DNA of 64,000 bases from Raillietiella orientalis (Eukaryota). Under the pieces are notes generated by a model. That model was given only the letters and a program-made list of their open reading frames with translations. It was not told where the DNA came from and did no database searches. The stretch lies in NCBI GenBank assembly GCA_036172245.1, contig JAYWIR010000003.1, positions 3,162,001 through 3,226,000 of the forward strand. The letters run 5' to 3'. Shown one piece after another: positions 36,469 through 49,374 of the stretch (positions within the stretch are counted from its first letter, which is position 1; each line of letters starts with the position of its first letter). A program made the translations under genes and the position numbers.

Positions 36469-38022
36469 CTACTGATTACTGTCCCATTTGGCCAAACCCT
36501 GAGCAACCATTTCTCTATTCACCATCTGCATCTGCAAAAGATATAAGCACATGTACCAATAGTTACTGCATACTTGTTGATCATGAGTTTGATACAAGTA
36601 TAGAAGTGGCAGACCATAATCTGAAAAAGATACTACTTCAGCAAGCAACTTATTGCTGCCCATTTCCTGTATAAAGGCTGTGGCTTCAGAGCTCCAGCAT
36701 TCTCCTAGAAGAGATATTTGGATACATAAAGGTATTTTCACAAACCTTCTGAAGGGTGGACATCTGCCAAGCCACATTCCACTGCTTGCAGCGGGAAATC
36801 TGCCAAATCACTCCGAAGCTGACAGAGATCTGTGCTCGCAACTATTGCATATCCTCCATAATCTAGAAAGCGAACAACACAGCTGTTCCCGTTTTCTCTG
36901 ATGGCTACGATTTGTGCTCGATTCCAGCGATTCTTCCCAGGAGCAACACAAAGATTACCCACAAGTGGCACAGATTGGAAAGGAAAACTCTTTTGATGAT
37001 AACAACATTGTATGCAAAAATCTAGTTCTTCTAGATCTGCATATGAAGAATGTGTAAGAAGATGCACAAAAAAGTGGCCAGCATTCATTACATAGCAAAT
37101 AGACACTTCACAGGGTTCTTCTGGAATCAGAGAAAGCTACACCACAGCTGAATGAGGATACACTTTTTTTATGGTCACCTGAAGTACTTCAGGCATTTGG
37201 ATATGAACAGGTGCTGAACAGCTCGTCTCAAATATCAGTTCAGGGAAATACTTCACAGGGAATCTGCGCCTCAGTGAAGCTAATACTATGTCAATCTGAG
37301 CATCAGTGCCTATTTTTCCATAAGTTCTCATTCAGAAAAATGTGCTTACCTCGAACTTGGAATATCGCCTTGTCTTTATTTTTTGAATGATCTTTCACAT
37401 AAATCGAAGCCCCACTCTCCTTTTTCATTTCTGCAATATGACAACCTTTACGACCAATGATGCGACCTGCCAGAGAACGGGGAAATATGAACTCGTAACA
37501 GGTTGGATTTACTGTCTGCTGTTCGGCTGATGTTTCTTTAACAGTTTTATCTAACTGGGACTGTGTTTGATTTTCATCAGGATGCTGAGCACTTGGGATC
37601 TCAAGCACTTTTTGGATAGTATTGGAATTCCCCACTTTGTCATCAACAGAATCTTTTGGAATACCAGCATCTCCACTGGATCCCAGTTCAGATACAGGAC
37701 CTCCTTCCCAAGTTGAATCATGATATTTTTCAAGTATTTCACAAAAGGTTGAAGCATCACATTGTTGGACTTCTAAAACCTCTATGTCATTATAAACATT
37801 TTTTGCACATAAACCACAAGAAGCTGGAGTCTGACTTTCAGAATGAATGTGATCATGTGAACAGTTGGAACCAGTTGATAGAATTTCTGGTTGATTGACA
37901 AATACTGATGCACCATCATCTCTGTGTAGTTCAGCCTTATTTTTTTTCCAGAACCACCAAGCAGCACATATTGTTATTGTTGTTACTGTTATTCCTAACG
38001 GAACTAACACGTTCTGACTCAT
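36469..38022 (-). CDS. AKAP1: AKAP1/spoonbill-like mitochondrial outer-membrane KH+Tudor protein, 462 aa, 5 coding exons: 38022-37350, 37309-37179, 37136-36746, 36704-36574, 36531-36469
   Basis: N-terminal TM anchor VLVPLGITVTTITICAAWWFWKKNK; KH domain YEFIFPRSLAGRIIGRKGCHIAEMKKESGASIYV; GT..QID..L..LRRRFPVKYFPELIFE; Tudor NAGHFFVH...WNRAQIV...VRFLDYGGY...QLRSDLADFPLQAVEC; C-terminal VNREMVAQGLAKW. GT-AG introns of 40, 42, 41 and 42 nt; spliced length 1389 nt. 5'UTR acceptor at 38062-38061. Confidence 0.93.
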
Positions 38023-39076
38023 TGGTCACAACAACCACGGATTTGTGTTTTACACATAATCTGAAAGTAACACACAAACATGAAAATTAAAAGATACCAT
38101 CCGTGTCAAACAAAAAACAAAAAAAAACGGGTTTTCATAGAAATTCAAATGGATGGAGGCATAAAACGAGAACGCACGATTGATTCAAAACAACAAAGGA
38201 AAACCTGCAAGTCTGAAAGTACTACATTCGGTAATGGGTGATTTTTGTTTGCATATCATAAAGACAGCCAAGGCAAATCGAGGATTCCAAATGGAAATGG
38301 AAATGGAAACCGTAACTGAGGTGGATGAAATGCTTTCGAATCGGGGGAGGGGTGGAAAGGGGGGGGGGAGGGGGGAGGGTATGACTTGTGAAAATGAACA
38401 TACAACATGAGCACACACGATGCAAACATGTGATCCCTTGGAGTGTGGAGCTGCTCGACAGTTCTTCCGGGCCACTCATTCACTTGATGCTCAACAAACT
38501 GGCAAGGATTCCATTCCCTGCAACTCGATGCACACCCACAGTTCCGATTTCCCCCCTTTTTTTTTTTTTCCCCCTCCTCCCTATTCCCCACATCCGTTCG
38601 GGGCGAGAAGACGGCCATCGCGAAGATCGAGCCTGCGGCCGGGGCTCAAAGGGCTGAGCCCGCACGGGGCACGTCAACCGCCCACCCACGAGGCAAATGA
38701 AGACGTCGCCGGGCTGGCGGTGAGCTGTATCTCTACAGACAAGGAGAGAGAGGAGAGGGAAAGAAAACAGACACGCTTCCGTTCCTAAGCCGGTCTTCAC
38801 GTGCGTGCAGGTTGCCGTGAATGCACTATCAGCTGCTGCTGCGTTCTCCTCCGGTTACTGAGGTCTCGACGCGGCACCGGTTTCACTTCCCAGACCCAAA
38901 GGAGCCTCACAACATGTGATGTGCACCTCAATAACCGGAGGAGGCACAGCCATCGGCAGGATTCTTTATTTTATCACTCCGTAGCATGCCGACGACCCAG
39001 CCAGTTCACGCGGAACCGATCCATCCACACGAAGTTTCCGGAACTACGCTTCCCCTCGCAGCATCTCTTTCACACG

Positions 39077-39094
39077 ACACACACACACACACAC
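39077..39094. repeat. (AC)n microsatellite
   Basis: acacacacacacacaca directly visible. Confidence 0.9.
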
Positions 39095-40599
39095 AGATAT
39101 ACAAACACTGAAAGAAAATCCTCCCATCCATCAAGCTGCGGAAGCTGTGAAATTTCATATCGATTCTGTCCTGGAGCAGGTAGCTAAATCTCGCACGGTG
39201 AGATATGTTGTTGTGGCTGCGGGCTACCGACTAATGAGCTATCGACTGACTAATGAACCCTTACAACCGTCTGCCTCTCAACGGTGGAAAGCGACGACAT
39301 TTAGCTGTTGAAAGCAAAAGGTTCAGCGTGGTCTGTTTTAGATAGGCAGCAACAATCATAAGCTGGGCAATAATTCGGTTACAGTCATTTCATAGATTTG
39401 GAGGGGACCCACGGCATTCTAGGCAACTTGGTTTTGTGTAGGTTTGCTTCAAGTTTGCGCGGTGAGTTACATGAAAAGACGGAAAATATCGCAGATACAA
39501 CACTCAGAGTAAGGAGCCGTGTAGAAGAAACGGTATTCAGTGGGTGTTCTCTTTATCTTAGTTAAAGAAACCGATTCAAAGCGATCATCATGTGGCCGAA
39601 GAGACGATTTGAGTCCAGCATCTTTGAGCGCCTGAACTCGGACTGCCCGATCCTTAGGCGTCACCAGCGGATTCATTTTGGTAAACATAAATGGAGCTGC
39701 ATGTTGATGCAAAGTTGGATCACAGCCTCTGCGCTTCGACGCTCATCGAATCCTGTGAGAGTTGTTGGTTGTTTGTACGGAAGGGCAGTGTCCACGGGGA
39801 TCGAAATCCTCTAAAGAGCGTGCAACGAGTCTCCCGCCAAAGAAACTAACCACGAGGACCGTTCGAGTCTACACCCCCACCACCAGGACAGAGCCACAGC
39901 CGCCTTCTAGGGTGCTCGCATCAGAGGGCAGCAGGTTTGCCTGATCCTGAGTTTACCCTGAGCTTTCTCAGGATCAGGCAGCGAGTCGCGAGGATTGGAA
40001 GTGTGGAGCCCCTCTCGCCCAGATCTTGGTAGTCCAGCCAGCTCTCTGGTATGAGATCCTGGAGGTCCGACCTGGAGGAGGGTATTCACGAGAACAGCCT
40101 TTGGGTCCTTCGAGTTCCTGTGCTCTAGTCGACCCCGAATCCTGAGCCGCACCGGATCTGCAAGTCGTGATCTTGAATATGGTCGAGAAGGAATGCGAGA
40201 CCCGCAAGGGAAACGCTCTTCAAGCAATCGGCTGCAGCCCGGTACCGTCTCGTCGAACGGCGTACTGAGTGAAAGAGGCCGGAACCTGCATCGAAGAAGG
40301 GCACTCGTTGGTTTGGGACAGAGGAGTGCAAAACAAACAGTGGCAAAACAAAATGAAGGAAGCAGGAATCCGCCCAGAGGATTTGGTTTGAGCGGAGACG
40401 AGACCAACGAGAACCAGCTCCATAGGGCTCAGAATGGAAGAAAGCAGGAAAACAACACACAGGGACAACCAGCACATCTGGAGATGTTCCACCTGCTCCC
40501 TTCCTGCGTCTTTCCGTGTTTCTCCGTTCTCCCGAGCCGGCTTCTCTTCGAGTTGCATTGCGTGGATGATGGACCTGGTTCTCGTCATTATTGACCTAG

Positions 40600-41600
40600 G
40601 ACGATGGAAACCCTTTTGCTTTCTTTTCTGTCTTCCCTGTTTTCCTTTCAGCTTTTTTTGGTTCTCCAAGTACCTCAGGGTGCGACGATTCCTGGCGGCA
40701 GCTCACACAGCTCTTTAATGCTGTTCTGCGCCCTCCGAGGGTGCGTGTAATTCTTCAAGATGGTGGGTACCCCGGGAGGGGACCTCCCTATGAATCCAGG
40801 AAGGGTTCTGTAGAAGGGAGTCCGTTCCTCTCACGCCTGGGGAGGGATCCTCGAAGGGAACCCTCCGCCCTGGTTGTCTCCGAAGGAAACCCCGAAGGGA
40901 ATCTCTTTCCTTATTCTCTCCGGAGGGGTCCGCTCCATTTTTTCTACTCCGGAGGGAACTCGCAAGGGAACTATTCCTGTTTGCTTCCTGAAGGGACGCC
41001 TCCGAAATTTCTCAGAAGGGCGCTCCCAGGAGGGAGCGGCACGCTTCTCTGCAGTCTGTGTAGAGGTGGTAGCATACCTACTCCATGGTTTGAAACGGAG
41101 GGTCCCCTCCTCCTCCCCGAAGGAGGAGTCCGCTCCTTTGCACAACCGCAAGGGAACTCCCACCCCTTGATTCTGTTTCCTGGAAGGACCTGGAAGATTT
41201 CCAATCCCGACAGTCCATCGGGACATTCGGTTTGAACCGCTACCAGTGCTGCACCCGAATGAAGGCCAGCCAGAGTCATCTCGCGGGAGGAACTCGAACC
41301 AGAGAAGCACCCCCATCTCTCGGCGTCATCTGAGGGCGTGGATCCATTCCAAGTATTCGCACTCTCAATGCCTGATGCCACCCACAGAGACCGTGACCAC
41401 ATGGCCTCCGACGCGGACCACCGCTCGACTGCCTCTTCTGCAGATGGGGTCTTCCTACTGCCTGAGCTCGTCTGCGACGGGCTCTCAAGAAAGAACACCT
41501 TCCTCTTCAAGGCGGAAACTTAGTCGGTCGGCTCAAAGGCGGCAGTCACCAGCACTTTCCACTGTTGGTCCACATGCTTGAGCTTAGGTGTTCTCGCTAT
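40600..41600 (+). mobile_element. Decayed LINE ORF1 remnant, inverted homolog of 29.85-31.0 kb
   Basis: Shared nucleotide and peptide blocks with the reverse complement of 30.2-30.85 kb (e.g. GGGTAC.C.GGGAGGGGACC.C.CTATGAATCCAGGAAGGG.TC; GAGGAACTCGAA.CCA.GA.....CCCCAT). Confidence 0.65.
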
Positions 41601-42969
41601 TTTTGCTTCGGCCTGCCCTTCGGCTAAGGATGGTGGTTCCGAGGGCGTCCGGACCGGTGCGTCCAGCCGAGGTCCCGTCTTTGTTGGATGAACCACCATC
41701 ATCTTGCCAAGATGGTGACACGCCCATCTGTTCTTGGAAGCTCCAGCGCTTGCAGAGTGTCGTCGTTCTTAAGATTCCAGGATTTTCCGATGGTCCAACA
41801 GTAATCACTCCAATCAACGCTTGGGCTCCTACGGGGAAAGCACATGGTTCTTGCATCTTCCGCAGACCGCCTTGAGCGCTGGTGGGACGCTTCCGAATGG
41901 GGGAGGCACGCGTGGAGTATACTGACTGTAGCATCTCCTTCATCGTAGGATGAGCTCCGGTAGCCACGGCGATCCAACATCCGGTGCCCCTCGGCTGCTG
42001 GGCAACTTCGCTCCCCAGCCTCGAGAGTACCTGATTGGCCACAGCCCGCCAGCTCACCGTGCCACCTAGCGCAGAGGCGAATGACTTGAGCGCTTAGGGC
42101 TTGAGATGTACGGGGCGTTTCATCTTGCTTCCGGCACTTCGAGCCACCCCTCGGTGTCTTGTCGCTCCATCCAAGAGCGGCGAAGTAGCATCCTGGAGGA
42201 ATTAAAGCAGCTCCCCTTCCGCTCTTCTAGCTCGCACGCAGCTCCTTCCCTTTAGCAAAAAAGCCCAAGAACCCAAGAACAAAAGCCCAAGAACAGGATC
42301 CTCGTTGGTTGAACCATCGGTTTAAACGTCTTTAGAATTCGTTGTCGTCCCTACAAAGGCAAGAGGGTTCACGTGACCGGGAGCTTCCCTTTAGATCCAT
42401 TGTCCCAGGGGCAGAGTTGCTCTCCGAGAGAAAGACAAGGAAAAAAAAAAAAAACAAAGAAAACATCTCTTTCCTTCGAAAGATAGGGAGACTGCCGTTC
42501 ATTTGCTGTTCGCCTCGCGGTGGCCGTCTAAGCAGGCGGACCTCTCTGATGAGGGGGGCGTATGGAGGCTCTATGAGGTCCAACTCAGCCTCCTTGCCAC
42601 GCCACGCCACGCCTCGCTGGATGACCCTTGCCTAGGAAATGAATTTGGCCTCACTCTGAGATCAGAGGTCGCTCCTTTGGTGCCATCGCAGGTAAGACAC
42701 CTGGAGATTGCGAGCGCGCATCCGAGAGAACGCCGTTCTTCCCGCTGACCGCGGACTTTGCGCCCCCCTGGTTCTACGCGCGAACCAGGGGGGCGAATCC
42801 TTCCTGCGGGGTGTTCTCCCGAACGTGGGCTCTCTCAGATCCGCTTCGTACAAGGGACCCAGGGCTGTTTGCGCTTCCGCTTTCAGGAGAGTGTCCGCCC
42901 TTGCAAGCGTTGCAGGGAGGCAGCGGGGGCGGCGGAAGTTTCTCGCACGGTGACTCCGGGGCGTTAATT

Positions 42970-44500
42970 TTATAAAAATAAACCAGTTGGGAACACGCTG
43001 ATTCCCAGCCGAAAACAAAAGTTCGGGGGGGAAGGGGAGCTCCACGACATGCAGGTCGGGATATACAAACGTCCGGAACGGAGAAGAGGAGGGGGGACAA
43101 AAAAAAAAAAAAAATCCGGAGGGTTGGGATAGGGATTTTGAGTTTGCTCCGGATGCACTAGTATCAAAACAAAAAAAAACGAGTAAGTTACGGAGCGAAA
43201 GGGAGAAAGGAATGAGAAAAAATAAATAAAGGGAGGCACGGGACAAGGATCACCAATGTCCGCCGTTCCTAACTTCTAGAATCGGCTCTGGATGTAGGCG
43301 ATCTCCTCCTCTTCCACTTGCAGGTGAGGCCACCTTGCAACCGCCCTCATGTAGGCGACTGCCATCCCGGTGATTTCCCTTCTCTGTGTCGTCGCCTCCA
43401 GCACATAGGGGGCCGTGACGATGGCATGAATGCAACCCATCGTTGCGATCACCACACCTGCCGATAGTCCTTTCGGCGCGAAGAACCGTCTCAGCGCATC
43501 TTGGACGGTATCCTTCTGGTGCAGGAGCGCTGTTTCCAGCCTCCGTCACAGTTGCTGGAGGGCATTGCAGTCCAAGAGCAACTTCAGGATCGACCCCATC
43601 GACCCGCACCTGGCACAGTTCGGGAATGCAACCCCTGCGGAAACGCGGTACCGCCGCTCTTTGCACTGGAATCCATAGTGTAGAAAGAGCGGCATGACCT
43701 TTTTCCAGGAGAGAGGGAACACAGGAGCGTCTGGACATTAGGGAGGGACCACAATTTCTTCGGGGATTACACTCAAAAGTTGACTCCACTGAAGGAGTCT
43801 CGTCGCCAAAGCACGCGGGGGAGTGGCAATATGCACCAACTCACTCATCTGCCAGCCTCCCAGGAGCCTGGAAGACGGTGCAGGAAAACTCTCACCATGC
43901 CGGTAGGCTACTGTCGTCTCTTGCTATGAGGGCAAACAGCGCTACGGCAAGGGGTGTGGCGGCAGTCAGGCTCCACCACTTTGCCGTGCCCTGCATCACC
44001 GCTTCCAACGGTCGTGGTAGCAAATGTCACCGGGGGCAAAGGCGCTCAGTGAGCAATCCTTGGAAGCAGCCCAGGACTCAACAGCCTCCTGCTGCCAGGC
44101 ATTGTAGTTCATTGGGAGGCAGGAGATCCACTGTTAGGTTTCCACTAGAGAGGCGAGTTGCCTCAAGGGGAAGCCAAATTCCTACATACTGTAATGGGTG
44201 CTTGGCAGCGACGAGAGCAGTCCTTCGCTTCTGGAGCATCTCCGCAGGATGATATGTGCAGGGACACACAACGGGGAAGTCCACGGTTTGGCACAATGTG
44301 CCGGCATTTGGGGCTGCACTTGCAACCCAATTCTCTCCAGAGTCAGGGTGCCATCCCGACGCGGAGCCGCCAAGTCTTTGAGGGGGAACCTAGACATCAC
44401 AGGTCCTCAGGGAGCGTTCCTCAGCAGGCATGGAGTTCGCAGGTTCACGGGCGGTGGAATTTGCCTTGCAAGAGCGCTGCTGCCTCCGATGCGCGCTTGA
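42970..44500 (-). mobile_element. Decayed L1/Tx1-like LINE ORF2 3' end (zf-RVT) plus 3' tail; second copy of the 28.5-29.7 kb family
   Basis: Minus strand HYGFQCKERRYRVSAGVAFPNCARCGSMGSILKLLLDCNALQQL*RRLETALL...VVIATMGCIHAIVTA (43680-43410): C..C......(H)LLLDC..L..LW, parallel to the 28.9 kb copy. T-rich tail at 43245-42970. Confidence 0.7.
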
Positions 44501-47500
44501 GCCGGCTCGAGGACGGGAATCTCCCCCGGGATCGACTCTCCGGGTGCCCAGACGCTTCAGACCGCCGTGGGGAGGGTCCTCAGGACCCTTGGGAGCGACC
44601 TCTTTCCTCTTCCGAGCCTTCCGCTACCCTCCAGTAGGGCGACGAACTCCCTGGAGGGACGGACGCGGATGGTCACGTGCGCGCGCGCGTGGTTCCCGGA
44701 AGAACGGGGGCGCTCCCGGCAGATGTCCCTACTCCACCCTAGAAGGGCGGCGGCTACGTTTTACCAAAGAGCCTACGGGCTCTCCGGAAAGAGGGAAGTG
44801 ATAGGGCGCGCCCCCACCAGCACTGAGCTTGCTTCCCCTGCCCTCGGTTGGGAACGACACCCTTCTTTCACTCCCTCACCCTGACAGGGAAGAGAGAGCA
44901 TGCTCAAGCACTCCCTCCTCCTTCATCGCTCCCCTGCCTCTCCCTTTGCTTCCCGATGGCCTTCCGGAGTGTCTGAGGGCCGATGCCCCTCCTCCCCTCA
45001 CCGCCTGGAGACTGCTGTCACCCAAGGAGCAAGAGCGGGGAACTGTTTGCTCCCAAAGCTTTCTCGTCTCCCTTCCTCTCCCGCATTTCCAAAATTGCGC
45101 GAGGAGAGGACCCCTCCCAGACATTCCTCCCATTCCCCTTCTTCCCTCCCGTCGAGAGCCCGGAGGGAGCACTAGTCCGGGAAAATGAGAAAGTGGGCAT
45201 CCCGGAAGAAGCAGTCCTGCCTCCCTTCCTCTCGGAGAGTCCGCTCTGGCAAGAGCGACATCGACCCTCCCACCCCCTGCTGAACTTTTGCCTCCCTCGC
45301 TCCTTGGATGAGCAGGAAAGAGCCGAGGCGAGCAGAACGTCAGCATTCAAGGCTCCTCACGTTGCCTTGGAAACAGAAAAATCACCTCCATTTCTCTCGG
45401 TATTCGGGGAGCAGCTGGCACCAGAAGGACTCGTTGCGGATTCCGTCTGCCTCCCACCAGAGTCAAAAAAGAGGACTAGGGTCACCCACTTTCCCTATAG
45501 ATGAAGGGCGCGCGGTAGTTTCCGGATGCGCGCATCCTTCCCGACGTACAGGGAGGATGGGGGGGAGGAGGAGTCTGTCTCTGGCATGGAAGAGTTCTCC
45601 TTCCTCCTTCGATTCTCTGTCTCTGATCCTCGGAGGGCTTCGTCGTCCAGGGCGAGGGTGACTGCGGCTTCCGTCCTTTCCGAAGAGTGAAGCGTCTCCG
45701 CGGCAACCAGCTCCGACTTGATCTCTGAGGGAGGGGAGCATAGCATCCGCGAAGTGGCTCCTTTTCCACTTCCCCTGGTCCCCACAGGCTCCCCTTCAGG
45801 TCGAGGAGGAGTACTCTCTTCCCTTCTTTCCTAGAAACTCGCGTGACTCCCGTTAGCCCTAGGTCTGAAGGGAACTGAAGACAACCATTCGGGTCCCCCC
45901 CGTTTCCTTCCAGGTTGGCACAGCTGGTCTCCTTGGCTGGTCGAGCTCCGCGGCCGCGGCTCGCTGCGGCAACTCTTGGAACTGCTCGCTCCCTGCCTCT
46001 GAGCAAGGGAGGGAAACAAGGGGGACCGAAACAGGGTGAGAGCAAGGTTCAGCTGGGAAAGAGGAAAAAACCTACCGAGGATAAAGCCAGAGAGAGAATC
46101 AGGAACTCACAAAAACGAATACATGGGATGATGCTACAGCATGTTTAAGGAACACTCAAACAAATAACGAGATCGATATTCATGGCACGGAGGTGGGAGT
46201 GAGACTCTCTGCTTCCTTCCACTCGTTGCTTTCCACTGCATTGTTGAAGGTGTAGCCATGGTGACGAAGTTTGCGCCTCTCTCTCAATACAAGTAAAAAG
46301 AAAAAGAAAAAGGGAAAAACAGTGAGGAGGTTTGATTTTTCGAAACGAAAAAGAAAAACACTCATGTTTGAATTTTTTTTTTTTATTTACCTTACGATTA
46401 CGAAGTGATTAAACCGCACTTGCATTTTTTTTTTTTTTTTTTTTCTTCTTCCGTAGAACAACGCAACCACCTTTCCGAAATGATTCTAGAAAAGAGGAAT
46501 CACATTTCACTAGTTGTGGGGGGCGACCAAGAAAAAAAAAAAAAAAAACAGAATGCGATTGAGATCTCTTGGATCTTACGAAACGCAAGATCTTTGTTTT
46601 GCAGATTCCATTTGTGCGCTCTGGTGCCAAGTTGCAGCGTGTGCAAATGGTAACTCTGCGGCTACTCTATCCCTTCCTCCCCGCTCCCTTAGAGGTCCGT
46701 CCACCGCCTTTGTGCTGGCACAGGATGAACGTCCCGTTCCTCCGCAGTAGCTTCACTGTGTGCACCACCCAAAGACGACTTTTCCCTCGTGTGCACATTC
46801 GCGCGTGTATGCAATTTCACGCGGTAATCTGTAATCAGAACCTCAGAGGATGCGTGGTCTCCATAGTGTGCATGGCTGAGTCCCATGGAACGACAAGCAA
46901 GTAGGATATAGATTGATGGCAATTCCGGACGGCGCAATTACTGTTTCCCCACGTTATTTCGAGTGACCAGCCATCATGAGGGAATATGCGTGTTTCTTAG
47001 TGGGAGATCCCTATGCTCATCGGAGTATGCATCAGAATCCTACTTTCCTCGACAGCCCCCCCCATTCTTCCTCGCCAGATGGTGAGTGCTGAACACAGTT
47101 CCAGCGTGTTCACGGTTAGCTAAGCGTGTACGCTTTTTTGGTACACTTCTCCCAGCCTTCGGGCAAACTAATCCAGTATTTCTGTGTGAAAGCACACGCA
47201 GGTGTCTGCAAACTTTGGTGCGCCTTCGGGTGTGTCGCATCCGAATGGCGTGGAACCTCCAAGAAGACTGCAAAGTGGTGATCAGGACTTCGGTTGGCCA
47301 AATTTCATCGCAACCATCCAAATCCAGGAGAGCATCATTTCCTTTTTCTGTTTTTCACAGGCTGCTTGGCTTTGCAGAGTCGCAGAATAGCTGCACAAGA
47401 CGGGAGAGGTGCACATCTGTCTGAGGATTAAAAGACTGAAAGTGACCATCTTTTAGTGGAAGGAGGGAAGAGAGTAAATCCTCAAGACGAGTGAAAATTC

Positions 47501-48618
47501 TTCATGGCTATCAAGGGGGGGGGGGGGGGGGGAAGGAAGATGAACCTTTTCCTTTTTTTTTTCCCTTCCAACCTTCAAATTTTCGAGTGTTCCGGGACTT
47601 GACATCAAATCTAGAACAACGAGATTGGTATCTTCGGAAGGAAGGGTTTCCGCGTTTTCGCTCGTTCTTCCGCCATAATGGCTACTGGCACTCCAAAAGA
47701 ACAGTGCAGAAAGACGTGCCTTTCTCAGTCACAAACCCAAAGAAGACTGCCTTTGCTGGCAACTAACTACGGATGTTTCCTTTCAGTGGATGGATGCTAA
47801 TGTATGATGGAAATGCTTTACATTATGGAAGAAAAACTCATTACTTGCATATTACATGAGCACAGGCGTTTTATGCTGCTGAATTAATGGTGAACCATAA
47901 ATCTGCAGAAATTGCTCCTTGTTAAAGTCCAAATGAAGGAAAAATGCATTTCCCCCGTGACAGGCTAGAAGCGAGTACCCCATATCTATCTTGCACTTGG
48001 AGCATAGGTATTTTGGAATCCGATGATGTACTCTGTTTCTTTAATGCTGAGGATTCAGGGAAGAGCATCGATTGAAATAGCTGCTGAAGATGAACTGGTG
48101 GAGCTTTTCTTAAGCTTCCGTGTCGGTGGCCAAGAAAAGCTACATTGTGTGTAACTTTGCGGCTCTGCTCCCTTACATGTGTGAATGTACTCCCGTCGGG
48201 TCAAAGGAAAAAGAGAAGGAACGGAAAAACGAGCCAAAAAGAAGGCAAATTTTTCGCACTTGGATAAATTGTGGGAAATCACTGCCGAATGCTGAGACGT
48301 GAAAAAGAGGAAGGAAGGGGGGGGGGGGGCGATCCTTTCAATGTCAGGAAATTAATTTTATTAAAATTTCGTTTCTTGGGAAGCGCAGGCTTTGGAAATC
48401 GGTTCGAAAAACGGTGCACCGTGAAATTTCGGTGTGTACATAGCTTTGCTCCGATGCCCAAGAATGCCAAAATACATGACCATTTCGCTAGAAAAAAAAA
48501 AAAAAAATCCAACAAGGAAAATCTTAAATGAATAATAATAAGAAGAAAAAAATAGAGATTTTTTGACGGGGAATACGAGAGATTGCAATCCGTCGCTGCT
48601 GTTTTATCCTTTTAGGCT

Positions 48619-48649
48619 TTCTTCTTCTTCTTCTTCTTCTTCTTTCTTC
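48619..48649. repeat. (TTC)n microsatellite
   Basis: ttcttcttcttcttcttcttcttct... directly visible. Confidence 0.9.
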
Positions 48650-49341
48650 TAATGCTGTTCCCATCCTTGAATCTAAGACAGCCAATTTGTTCAAACTTGA
48701 GAACAACGACTGGTTCCCAAGTTTCAGTGAGTCCCTGCCAATTCTATCAGCCCTGAACTGACACACACACATCCCAAATCATCATGGATCCTTTCCTGAG
48801 AACGGAAACATACATGCTAGCGAAAAAAACATCAAAAGCCGGCAAACAAAGAGAAAGAAAAAGGGAAGAAAAGAAAGAAAGAAAAAAAAAAAAAAAAAAA
48901 AAGAGAGAAAGAATCTTGTGGAAAATGTACAAGGATAGAGAGTATCGCAATTTCGAGCCAATGTCCTGGCATTCGGAATGTGGCAATAATCTGTGGCGCT
49001 CCTGGAAGAGCAATTCGTCGCGAATTTGTCACCTTAATGAGAGTTTCCCGCCAAATTCAACCGATCCGCTCGGGCCCGCCGTTACCGGCCCCACGCGGGG
49101 CTGCAGGCGTTCCCTGCCGGTTTCTCTTCCTCAGCATGTGCAGCGAAAGACGGTCAAGACGGTCACTGCTGAACTCCAGGTTCAGCTCCTTCAGCATCAA
49201 CACGTCGCAGTGGCCAATCACCTGACGAGAAGAAAATTCCAAAATTCTGAAGCTCTTTGGTTCGGACCCGGAACGTGGAGCGGTCTCCAGAATTTATTAG
49301 CACGAACGGCCATTAACAAAAGGAAACAAACAAACAAACAT

Positions 49342-49343
<2 letters not shown>

Positions 49344-49372
<29 letters not shown>
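49344..49372. repeat. (CA)n microsatellite
   Basis: About 14 perfect AC units directly visible. Confidence 0.95.

Positions 49373-49374
<2 letters not shown>

Noticed and set aside
42259..42295. Short CCCAAGAAC reiteration
   Set aside because: Three short imperfect units; simple slippage with no evidence of function.
47080..47424. Splice-like signals and short ORFs
   Set aside because: No consistent exon chain or known protein motif.
49085..49222. Exon-like segment on the minus strand (acceptor ttctcgtcag, donor gtaacg) reading VIGHCDVLMLKELNLEFSSDRL...
   Set aside because: No recognisable homology or partner exons; cannot be supported without transcript data.
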